DNA from: Dimargaris cristalligena
Taxonomy: Eukaryota
NCBI GenBank assembly: GCA_003614675.1
Contig: ML002261.1
Location: 1 to 54,886 of the forward strand
Length of the DNA: 54,886 nucleotides
Direction: 5' to 3'
Shown: in pieces, positions 10,646 to 21,646 of the stretch
Layout: each line of letters begins with the position of its first letter
Numbering within the stretch: position 1 is the stretch's first letter
Notes under the pieces: generated by a model
Told to the model about the DNA's origin: nothing
The model's input: only the letters and a program-made list of their open reading frames with translations
The model's database searches: none
Translations under genes and position numbers: made by a program

Positions 10646-11809
10646 TCACAGCTGGGTAAAAAGCTCCGGATCTTTTGTTTGTAGTTTGGTGACATATGCC
10701 GAAAGCTGCAGGTCGAATTCGTCTTTGAGAGTGTCGGCATTGGCGATTAATGGGAACTTGCTGAATCGTATGTAAGGTGACGCCGTATCCACTAGGTTTC
10801 GTAGATCCTCACATTGGTGACCTTGGTTATTGGTGAAGGCATGTAAAATAAACTTCTCCCCGTGGCCATCCCAGTCAATGGCGTAGAAGTAGTGGGGCTC
10901 GATTTCCGCCTTGGTTGATGTGAAGAATCGGGATAATTTACGCTCAAATTCGTTAGTTTGGTGGGGGACCCCGGAGTACTTCAGAAATAATATCGATTTA
11001 ACGTGGGAGAAGTAGAGCGATATTTGGCTATTAAGGTTAACTCGAAGTCTTGGGAGGAATTCCGTCGATATGGTCGATTCGGATAGTGGCGGGATAGGTA
11101 GTTTAGGGAAAATGCGGTGGGAGAGTGATTTACACGCTTCGATACTACTTTCCACGGTCCTTGTCTGCGATTTGCGGTTTCGTTTCCGTTTTTTAACGGG
11201 AGGTGCGGATTCAGGGGTGGGAGAGAACGGCGTTCGCTGTGGAGATGAAGGGACCTGGTCCTCGGGTGGGATGTGGGTAACCGTTTCTTCGGATACCAAA
11301 TGAATGGATGAGGTGTCCCCCGTGCTGGAGTCACCGTCCCGGGGGGATGCCGGCCAAAGGGAGGATTCGGGTAGGGATGGCTCACTTGGATTTGGCCACG
11401 GTGGAAGGCTGGTTAGTAATGAGCTGGGGGCTAATATCGAATAGATTTCCGGGTCGAGTGTAAAGATATCATCATTACCAGGAAACGGCAAACGGTCGGT
11501 CCGGAAGGTCTCATCCCAGTGACTCATGCCTACATCCGTCACCAGACTAGGATTATCCAACGATGGCGCCGGGGGTGGTGGTAGTATATCGCTGTGGCCC
11601 TGAGCCATCGCTGTGAATAAATTGAGTTCAAACGATTGGTAGTTGTTGTCCAAAAGACGCAGTGATTCTTCCCAGGATGAGGCGACCGTATCCGAGATAC
11701 GGGCTCCAAGGTTGCTTGAAAGCAGATATGGCTCTTGTTGATATTGACCGGCTGCGGTTATACTGTCGAATTCCGCCACCAATAACCCCATTAAAAGCAA
11801 GCATCTCAT
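10646..11809 (-). CDS. Hypothetical secreted protein with acidic N-terminal region, Pro/Ser linker, basic NLS-like motif and ~150-aa folded C-terminal domain
   Basis: Single-exon 387-aa ORF in AT-rich flanks. Hydrophobic N-terminus MRCLLLMGLLVA...ITAAG; PPVKKRKRNRK at ~11171-11203. Confidence 0.7.
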   Translation of the reverse strand: MRCLLLMGLLVAEFDSITAAGQYQQEPYLLSSNLGARISDTVASSWEESLRLLDNNYQSFELNLFTAMAQGHSDILPPPPAPSLDNPSLVTDVGMSHWDETFRTDRLPFPGNDDIFTLDPEIYSILAPSSLLTSLPPWPNPSEPSLPESSLWPASPRDGDSSTGDTSSIHLVSEETVTHIPPEDQVPSSPQRTPFSPTPESAPPVKKRKRNRKSQTRTVESSIEACKSLSHRIFPKLPIPPLSESTISTEFLPRLRVNLNSQISLYFSHVKSILFLKYSGVPHQTNEFERKLSRFFTSTKAEIEPHYFYAIDWDGHGEKFILHAFTNNQGHQCEDLRNLVDTASPYIRFSKFPLIANADTLKDEFDLQLSAYVTKLQTKDPELFTQL

Positions 11810-13726
11810 TATAACAAAGTAGTGGTAATGTTTTTGGAGGAAAAGGCACGAAATAATTACATCAAAATATAAGGTGAGTAATAATAATAATAACTAGGCT
11901 ACCGCGGCTGAATAGGATTTTCGAAGGTAGTGGAGATGATTAATATACAGGCAGGGGAGCCGCCTAAATGACGTAGGTATTTATTAGGATAATGGGCTCG
12001 ATGAAGTTGAGTCGAAAATATGAGTATGGTTAGCTGGTAGCTAGCCCGGACCGCGTGCCATGATATAAGGCACAATTCGAATGACTCTTATATTCTTGAA
12101 CAAGGAAATTAAACAGGCGGCGCCAATGTGATTGGGCCATGGCTGATGCGCAGTCAAACGCAAAGGCCCTTGACCCGTAATGTTGTACTAGAAATTCTAA
12201 AAGGGGAAATAGGTAAGGTTGGGGAATATATGAAGTCTCAAGTTTCCCCCTTATTGGGATTTAAGCTGCCAAACCAGGAAAGGGAGGGGGGCCCAACTAA
12301 GGCAATTCTAATATCGTACCTCGCCCTATACAGGGGAGGGCCAATTTACCTGGAGGTTTTTGGCGCGGTATTTTATATGGAGGCCACACTGGCGTGTACT
12401 ACGAGATTGGGTATAGTCCAGTACAAAGCCAGTCACCTGAGGCCGTCACATTTGCGGCTACCATTCTGCAACCAAAGGGACTGTTATATGGGTGTTACAT
12501 GGTCAAAGTGTGATTGAATCTTTCTCCCCATTATCCACCAGCCTCCGCCAAAAGAGTTTACTGGTCGCCCATCCACCTGATTTGGCCTGCGTTTCATATT
12601 TGGTATTGTTGGGCAATAAATAGGCAAATTCAAGCCCGGGCGCTAGATTAACCCGATAACAATTCAAGGAGCACAAGCCGCCACTTGCCGTATTATTATC
12701 TAGGTGGTATAAAAATAAAGCCGACCCCGCATAATAGGCCCTAGTTATGTGGCGGGTCCCTTACTAACGTTGCGATAAAGTGATCATAGGGATACCGGGG
12801 GCATTTGAAGATTAGATAGGAGATAGAAAACCATTTTGTCTAGGTTTTTTCACCTTTGCTGTTGGGTTTAAAGGTAAATACACATGTGAACTAAAAAGTC
12901 ACAGTACAACACCAAAAAAAAAACGAGCAACCGGGGGTAAATTCACTAATAAATCATGAATAATGGTCTGGTGGGCTGAGTCGGTGGATCTTTAGTTCCC
13001 CAAATCATAATTAAATCTGGTCTCTACTCCCTTTCCAAGTATTATTAAAGACGGCATTGCCTTAGCTACAGTACCTTTATATGGCTACGGTAGCTTACTT
13101 GTTGGGGATAGACGGGGTTCGTGATACCATCCTCCCGCATTTACCCTATGTGTATAGTAATGGGGCGGTTTTTTTCAATGAGGGGCTTTGGGCTGGCCCA
13201 ACAATTGTACTACAGGTATGGACCGAGCGATATTTATGATAGCAGCTGGTCCTGTCTCAGAATAGCCCTGGAAAGGGGAAATGAGAGGATCCCATAGTTC
13301 ATGTTTTGGTCACAGACAGGCTGCGGCGCTAATAGCGGTTAAAGGTGAACAATGTATTTGTCTCTACAACTCTCATTCGTGCTTCAATTAGGTAGACGGA
13401 GAATAAAGGACAAGGAAATAGACACAAAAAAGTCACATCCTTCCCCCACGAGTCGAACTGGTCTTAAGTCACGTGATTGGACCATTCCCCTATAGTAGCA
13501 AAGGAATACCACTTGGGACTCGCCAGTGGCTGTGGACAATCCATTAGCGAATTGGTAAACAATGTCCCCTGTTGTTTCATGGACCCATTCCAACTGACAA
13601 GACCCCATTAGCAGACATTCATTCTACTGACACTTTAAACGTTATTATCTCGAACTTGCTACCCCCGCACCCCTATACATTTATTCATTTATCTAAATAC
13701 CCGAAACCTGTCGCAATCGGCTCCAC

Positions 13727-16272
13727 ATGTACACTACCAACTCCGCCATGACCCATCGTTCATTAGGAGACTGCCTGAATGCCCTACAGGCCTGCGACCA
13801 GTCATTAACCGACACTCTCCAATCGTTATCATGCCTAACCACTGATTTCAGTCGAACCCGCGTCCTATTGAAGCAAGTTAAGGTAAGTTGCACTTGTATT
13901 TCGGCCCATTGCTCAGAGCGATAGCGGGCCCTCAAATGTTTTTAGCCCCCGAGTAACACCAGTCCTGAAGCGACTACCCTGTCAACTCAAGCTACGATGC
14001 TTGGTGCAATCCCCCCCCCCCTCCCATCTAGAAGCAATACCTACCCCAATATAGATAGATATATGTACTCTCGGGTAATCCAGTTTGTCCTTGGTATTGT
14101 TTAATTGGAAATTTGCTATTGACATTGGTTTTTTGGTGACCCGTGTATAAAAATAGTCCGCGGAGTATGTTCCCGATTCATCTTTCAAAAGATTACAAAC
14201 AACATTGGATACCAAGATGACACCGGCCCTCAAACAGCAGGTGGAATGGCTTGAGGAGGCCCTGATTGGGGTTCAAGATCACCACACAATGTTAGAAATG
14301 AAGGTAAATTTTGATACTTGACGCCTATTTCTACCTGGATATACTGGATTTAGATTACATTGTGACTATTTTATCCAATTTCCGAGCATACTCAGCTACC
14401 GTAGTTTTCCCCTACTAACCTTCTTACGGTCGTGTACCGTTTTGGGCTTTCTGCGTGCCTAACCAGGTCAATGAAAAAATGGAACTATCCCTTGGGTCAG
14501 AGGCCCAGGAGGAAACCCTCCAGCGCTACAGGAACCAGATTTCTGCGGCCCAAAACAAACTAATGGAGGAACAGACAGCTCTCGAGTCCTTGAAGGAAGA
14601 AATCAGCGATAAGGTAAACCGCCTAGGTTGGTAAAAGTTAGCCGACAATGTCACCCGAGTATACTGATCGACCACTATTGTTTTGCGTAGCGAGAGCATT
14701 GACAGCCGAATACTGAGTGTCTCAGTAGCTATTCTATAACCTTATACCTGTTCTTCTTATTCTTCGTTTGGTGCCGAATAGCAACACGAATTGGATGAAA
14801 TCAATCACTCCGAATACGAAACCCAGCGGCTCGGACCCAAAGTAAGTCATCTGAATATAGTATAAAATTTCACTACCGCCCACCCCAATGAACAGTGTTT
14901 TATATAGTAGCACCCATACTACTTAGTATAAATGGAAGAATATATATACCATGAGTCATATTCCTCTAACCTAATTTATATATATATACATTCTCGAAAT
15001 ATCTATCAATTCCTTAGGTAAACCCGAGAAACCAAAGACGTATTGATGAACTACAGACTCAGTTGCGCACCATCGAAGCCCAACTCGAATCCACGGCATC
15101 TCCCAAGCCCCGTTATAAATCGAATGTCCTGTCGCCCACTTTATCGCATGGCTCTCGGCAATCATCACAAGCCTCGGTAGTTCCTGATGTATTACAGGTT
15201 TTACAGGCCCACTCGGATACACTGGCTACCATTCCCGCGGGGTTACTTGAGAACGATGACAGTAAGTCGGATGTGCTTTATTTTAGGAATAGAAATATGT
15301 TTAGCTATTCTCACAATCGAAACGGTGAGCCCCTGCCGTCTACCGTAGCACGTACCCCCTTGGCTTAAGCGCATCCTATACCCTCGAACAAAGAATGAAC
15401 AAGCTAACCCAAGTTTTTTGTTGAACCATATTTAACCCCTACCTAGTGCAAGACACTCTAGCTGCCCTCCACATCAATTTTGACCGGCTTCAAACAGCAG
15501 TAAGTACTCTATTATATTAATTATATCGTATATTCCCATAGAATCCGTATCCGAACACTTGTGAAATGGGGTGGATAAACTAATGACCCAGTACATAATG
15601 CCATAACTAATCATATTCTCATATACCCAAACCATACGTTAACCCGTGGGGTATTAAAAAAAAAACACCGTGTACCAACCCATACGAAGATGCAAAAACA
15701 GCTATGGCCCCAACTTGAAGAACACCAGCGGGCCCAGTTTAAGCGCCTGGAAGCTCTCCTGAAGCTATGTTATCCTACCGAAAATAGCACCATGGCTGAA
15801 ATCCTCGATTTACTGCTTATGTCAGACAACCGCGAAGTGGTTTTCCAAACGTTGGCTGAGGTAATTTGAGATATTATGTCCAAGACACCCCTATGCCATC
15901 CCATTAACCCACTCCAGTACTCATTTTTCGTGACGCATTTTTGTTTGGGCTACCTTGTTAGTCACCGATGTTACATTAGCATATACCGGTCGCACTGAGG
16001 ATTATTCCGTGTTCCTATTTATACCCGAATTACTCTCTACTCACTAACGTATCTTTATTTTTCGCCACGTGTTTATGTTTATTATTTTCTATGTATACCA
16101 TTTACAGAGCTTTGCCAAACGACCCGGTGGTATTGAGAAGGCCACTCGAGTGATCAAACTACTCTGTGATTTAGGTATTACGGAAACTGCCATCGAAGTG
16201 GCCGATTCAGGTTCGTCCGGTCAGCACGGTAGCCAGTTGTTGCTACGGATTCGGTACGATACGGACCAGTAG
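13727..16272 (+). CDS. SPC19: DASH/Dam1 complex subunit Spc19-like protein with long C-terminal extension (~380 aa, 8 exons)
   Basis: Exons 13727-13882, 14157-14303, 14467-14613, 14782-14841, 15018-15261, 15447-15499, 15690-15860, 16108-16272. All introns are GT..AG, phases are consistent and there are no internal stops. The N-terminus SLGDCLNALQACDQSLTDTLQSLSCLTTDFSRTRVLLKQVKSAEYVPDSSFKRLQTTLDTKMTPALKQQVEWLEEAL follows the fungal Spc19 pattern (L..CV..L...L..L.....DFPR...VL.....ELVPE......L..EI.P). Confidence 0.7.
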
Positions 16273-16968
16273 CGACATTATCGAACCGCTAATCCCCAAG
16301 ATTATTCATGGCACGCGTAATAAATATGTGCCTCGATCAATATATCTCAGCCAAAAGAGCTTACATGACTAGACAAGAGTACCATACAATTATGTTGCTC
16401 CTTTGAACCTACAATCCAAGTCCACGCCCATAGATCTGCATAGCCCCTCGTTTAAATCAATTAAACCGAGAAAGCCGGCCAATCCTAATATATACATTTC
16501 AGAAAGGGACGTATCCACATGAATGTCCCGGATAATACGTGGGTGTGATCGGTGTTTTAATAAATCCACTCAATTGGAAAGGCAGCAGATGGATTTGATG
16601 TAATAAGTCGACCAACTGACAATTGGTCTCTCAAAAATGAGTTTACGCCCGAATTACGCACCTCTAGAAAAATGACAATCGTACTAAGCAGGAAACTGAT
16701 TCAATCCGTGTTTGAAAATCACCAGCCGGTGCATACCTGTGAAGACGAGGGAGGGGGTATGAGATGAAACCACATAAATATATTGAATCAAACTAATATA
16801 TCCATGGCATCAGCAATTCTAGGGGGAACAGCACGATTGAGGTCAACTAACCGCTTCGTGAAGTTAAACCAGGATATTACACCTAGTCTCTTCACCCAAA
16901 CCCTCGGTATACAGCTATGGGACATTAAGGACACCAGCAATAAATGGCACACGATAAAAAGGCGACAT

Positions 16969-19834
16969 CTACTCCCGGGGAAACGGAATGCCAACAGGAG
17001 GGGGAGTAGCCCAGGTTTTGCTACTACTGCTACTGGTGGACGGTGCCTCCGTTGAACCACGACTCTGACTAGATGCCCGGGTGCTAGATAGGAATGTGCG
17101 TAACACAGGCCGTTTGCCAGCATTGTCGTTGTCCTCGGAAGGAGGTCGCCACGATCCACCCATGGGGCGGGACTTGTTGTTACTGGCCTTGATAACCAGA
17201 ACCTTATGGCCACTCGAGGCAGCCGGAGCAGGCTCTTCGGGCATATCCAGTTTCAGCACAGGTACCAAAGAGGGGAAGAGTCGGTGCTAAAGTAAGAGAA
17301 TCAGTGAAAGAAAAAATAGAATAAAAAATAGTCGAGTAAGATTAGAATGCCATGTCTTTGGATAATTCAACAAGTCTCCGAAGTGAAGATGGCCGCAATA
17401 GATTAAAATACGTCTCAAACTACACGATACTTACCATCAGATTGTGATTTTTCAGTTCGTACAACAGACGCTGGCGTTTATCGGAATCGTCCAAAAGTTT
17501 GGCAACGGCCTCCACGGTATTGTCGAAGAACTCATTAATGTCACCCGAAGTCTCCATCTTCATCAGCGACCAGAGTGCATTGATATAATCCTCCTCAGAC
17601 AAAGTGCCTCGCCGAAGTTCGGTGGTTAAAGAGCGGAATTGGCTGGTTTTGAATTCGGAGTGGTTGAAGAACTTGCCAACTCGGGCCAGAACCCCGGCGT
17701 GGCTCTTAAGGATGGCGTCCGACATACCGGTGGTATTGTTGCTGTCGGGAGTGTTACCGGAGCTGCGACTCTGGCCGTTGGTCGTGGGCTTCTCCGGGAG
17801 GGGGGTGGCAGAAGCGGAGCGATCACTGGCGCTGCCGGAGGACTCGGCGGGCGCCTTACCCTTCTTAGTCTTCTTCGACTTGGCCTGTTGGTTTCCACTG
17901 GAATTACCCGATTGATTGGCAACCGACACATTAACCCCCCATGACGAGACCACCGTGCGGTGTGATGCCTTCGGAGCCTTGGATCGTGGGGCGGGGGCCA
18001 AAGCAGGCCAGTCATTCAGAGCGCTCTGGTTATTGGCGTAGCCGCCCTGGAGAATAGCTGATGCAGAGGGGACGGCGGGCGTGGCAGAAGAAGGAATTGG
18101 TGCATTTTTAGCTGGACGTGGCTGAGCCCGAGCGGGAACGGGAGTGGGGGCGATAGTCTCTATGGGGGGTTCCACCGTGAGTTGGCCGAAACCGGCGGGA
18201 GCCTGTCGGTGTGTCCGTGGCTCAGGGGCGGTCGGTAGAGGCTCTGTAGCATTGGGGAGGTCTTCGACAGCGAAGGTGGGAAGGCCGTGGGGATTTTGGA
18301 CTCGCTCTTCCGCGCGCCCTTGCCGGCCACCACGACGTTCCCGGTTCGGTCCACCAGAGACACTAGGGTAGGAAAAGTCGACATTGATATGCCTATTTTG
18401 GCGGTTGGTCGACCGCTTACTGGCGCCTGGGGGCAAGTGCTCCTCCAGCATATGTGCCTTCAAGTCAATTTCGGAGTCGAAAACGACAAACTTCTTCTCT
18501 AGGCATTCAGGCTTGTTGCACACAAAATGGGCCTTGTGGAAGTGGTTCTCTAATGCCTGGTAGTTGCGGTAGTACTGCTGCCGCCCTTGGCCATTATTGA
18601 CACAAACAAAACACTGCTCGTGACGTTCTCGACAATGATCGAAAAGAGCATCATTGTCGTAAAAAGCACGGTGGCAGAATTCACAACTAGGATGCCCAGT
18701 AAAGCCCGTTTTATCACCCTTACGGTAGTGGGCGGTCAGCTGGGGTTTGCTGAATAGCCGGTGCTCGTGGGCAAAGGCCTTTTTAAAGCGCATACACAAA
18801 TCACACATGTGCTTGTCATGCTCGTCGGCAGTGTGTTTCTTAAGCTCAGCCCAATCACTGTCGGTAACATACGAACACCCACGCCATTGGCACCGGATGC
18901 TCAGCAGGTCAAAGGATGAATCAGCAACCTCCTGGGAGCAAAACCGAATGCCCAACTCATCGTCCCGGCAGGGGAGGTCTTGGTCGTTATACTCGGCGTA
19001 GCGTTTCCCATCGGGTGGGACTATTATGACGTTGTCCAGTTCAGTCTGAAAACGATTGGCAAATAGCAATAGTCAGTTTAGGGGTTGATTAGATATATAG
19101 TGGTGAATAATGGGATCAGAAGGAATTATAAGCAGCTGATGCAAGATTGACATCACAATTCCAGAGAGTGCCTTAGGGGTGGAGTGAGGGGGTACGTAAA
19201 ATAGAGCAGTACAGCCCACTATTTCTTTAGAAAGAAACTGCGGGGAATGATGAGGGGGCGATAGGCTGCGGAAATAATAATCCTTGGGGAAGGGTCGATT
19301 GGATGGAAGAAAACGAAATTCTTTGGAACACTAGCCGATTAAGGGGATAGGAATAGACTGGGTTTCCGGATGGTATTACAAAGGGTTGGTCAGTATGGGT
19401 TATCAGATAGGGGGACTTACTTTGCAATAGGGACATGCATTATTTTTATACAGAGCACGAAGTCGCAGAGTGCAAATGTGGCAAGTGGGGTGATCGCATG
19501 ATCCCATGGCCTGGTACTTGATGGGATGGGTGCAAATGATACAAACGTCACTGTCATCGACTTCCGGTGTCTCCTTGGGGGCCGCCCGGGTGCCAGTACG
19601 GGCTTTCCGGGGAGCGGATTCACGTTTCCCAGATCGGCTCTTGGGGGGAGCACGGGGGGAGGAGTTATTTTTGGTCTCACCCGATTCTCCACCCACGGCT
19701 GCTGACGCGGCTGCAGTGGCGGGGGCCTTGCCTCGGTTGGAGGACTTGCATGGTCCCCCTCTAGAGGCTGGACGGGACTTGCCGCCGCTCGATCCAGTGG
19801 CTTCGGTGGGCTGCTGTGACTCGGGGTTAGACAT
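16969..19834 (-). CDS. HEL2: RING/C2H2 zinc-finger E3 ubiquitin ligase Hel2/ZNF598 (ribosome quality control)
   Basis: Exons 19834-19421 (RING CIIC...CDHPTCHICTLRLRALYKNNACPYCK), 19045-17435 (C2H2 fingers: CDLC..FKKAFAHE, GHPSCEFC..AFYDNDALFDHCRERHEQCFVC, HFVC..CLEKKFVVFDSEIDLKAH) and 17286-16969. Donors are gtaagt. The 3' end is less certain. Confidence 0.92.
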
Positions 19835-21646
19835 GGAGAAGGAGAGAGTCGACTTCGGAGGGGAGGGATGATACGGCGTGGGTATACCGGTGAGAGGGGA
19901 GTCGCTGGTCGGAGTAGGGCGATTTGGCGCCGAGGGGGGTGACTTGGGGCCCTGCGATGAACACAAAAGGTGGGGAGCGGGAATGTCGAACAGGAAGCGA
20001 TGGGATGGGTGAAAAGGAAGCTAGGATAGAGGTGTGGCGATGAGACCAAGGGGATCGTGGAGTCCGGGATAATCCAATCGATGGGAGTAGATCAGACGAA
20101 TAGGAACAAAATATGGGGGAATTCGGGTGGAAATAGGGCAGGGAAGACGAGGGTGGGTGAAGAGAGAGTGAGAAAGAGGGGGGGAGGGAGAGAAAGAACA
20201 GAGGTGAACAGCAAAAGAAGTGGGGAAGAGGTTCAGCCCAGGTGTGGTTTGAGTGGGTGGAAAAGTGAAAGGTTGAAGCAGTGAGTAACAGCAACCAGTG
20301 GCCAGTAGTCTCGTTAGTGCTTAGTGAAGGGATAAAGGTGAATAGTTCGTTGAGAATGGAAGACTTCCACAACCTGATTAATGAGTGAGTAATCAACAAA
20401 GAACGAGGTTATCTAGCCCAAGGACCGTTAAATAGAAGTAAATACTATTCATGTAAGTCGCCTACTTTGGTATAGTTTATATATATCTGTACTTACCCCG
20501 GGTATTGTGGACTCAGCCCATTTTATTACATATGGTTCGCTATAGCCAGCATGAACCACGTGCCATCTCCCTGGGCTGTCTGTCGTTTTTGGAAAACTTC
20601 CGTCGGTCAACCGGCTGCTGACGCCTTGGAGAGTCGCTAAATACACCAAATATTGGCCATCCGCAGCAACCAATGTCACCCCGCCTTGAGCTCGAATAAT
20701 ATGCCGCTGGTGGTCATGAATCAGATACAATCTACTCCTTGGTGACTAATGGCAAACGGGCCAAACGAAAACGAACACCTAGGATACAGGAAAAACCCTC
20801 ACTCAAGTCAGGGACCACCACTTGCCCCGAAAGAGAGGGGTGGTCAGCCAGTGCCGCAGCAGCATTTTCACCCCGCTCGTGAGTACGGCTGCAGTCACAA
20901 AGTGGAGACAAAAGGCGGCGGGGGATACACCAGCGCCAAATGCCCGCTACTCATGACGACGCAGCACTATTATAATGAAGGCGGTATGAGTAGTAGTTTC
21001 CCTATGCCAATCCACCGACCACCAACTATACCAAGAGGTGACTCGTGAATTTCGAAGATCACACACCAAATGTATAAGTAAATATATAGTCAAGACAATT
21101 GGATTCAAGATAGAAAAGGAAGGAAAAGTCGAAGACAGCGGCTATATCGCCCTCCAGCAACCAAAGTTGCCTATTTATAGCGTCTGAATTGTTGGTGTGG
21201 GCGCAGTAAATGGGGGGACAGTCAGCTCTCAATGTATACTGGTAGCAGGCATATATTCAGTTCGCTATAACAATCCCAGAGTAAATGCTTATGCCTCCAC
21301 CCCATTGGTGGATTAAGAATTTCCCAAATTACTCCCCACCCCACACAGAAATCATGATTTTCATACTTAAAGATTGCAGTCAGGATTGGGAATGCAAACC
21401 GGGCAATTGGTAGCTTCGACAATACACCCTACCAGCAGGTTCTCTTACAATCTTACTTTTACTAAACATAGAATAAGGGGGAGCATGTCTCAGGTAAAAA
21501 AGTTACTGAGCCGACAAATGGGTTGTGATCCTTGGAATCATCAATTCGATTGTGATATGGGACCAACGAAGGGAATGGTATGAGACGAGATGCTCGCGGG
21601 TTTCAAAACTCGCCACGGTATCATCATTCTAGTACTTGGACTTGGC

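Noticed and set aside
20449..21048. Short ORFs between HEL2 and the F-box gene
   Set aside because: No recognisable motif, signal peptide or consistent splice model.
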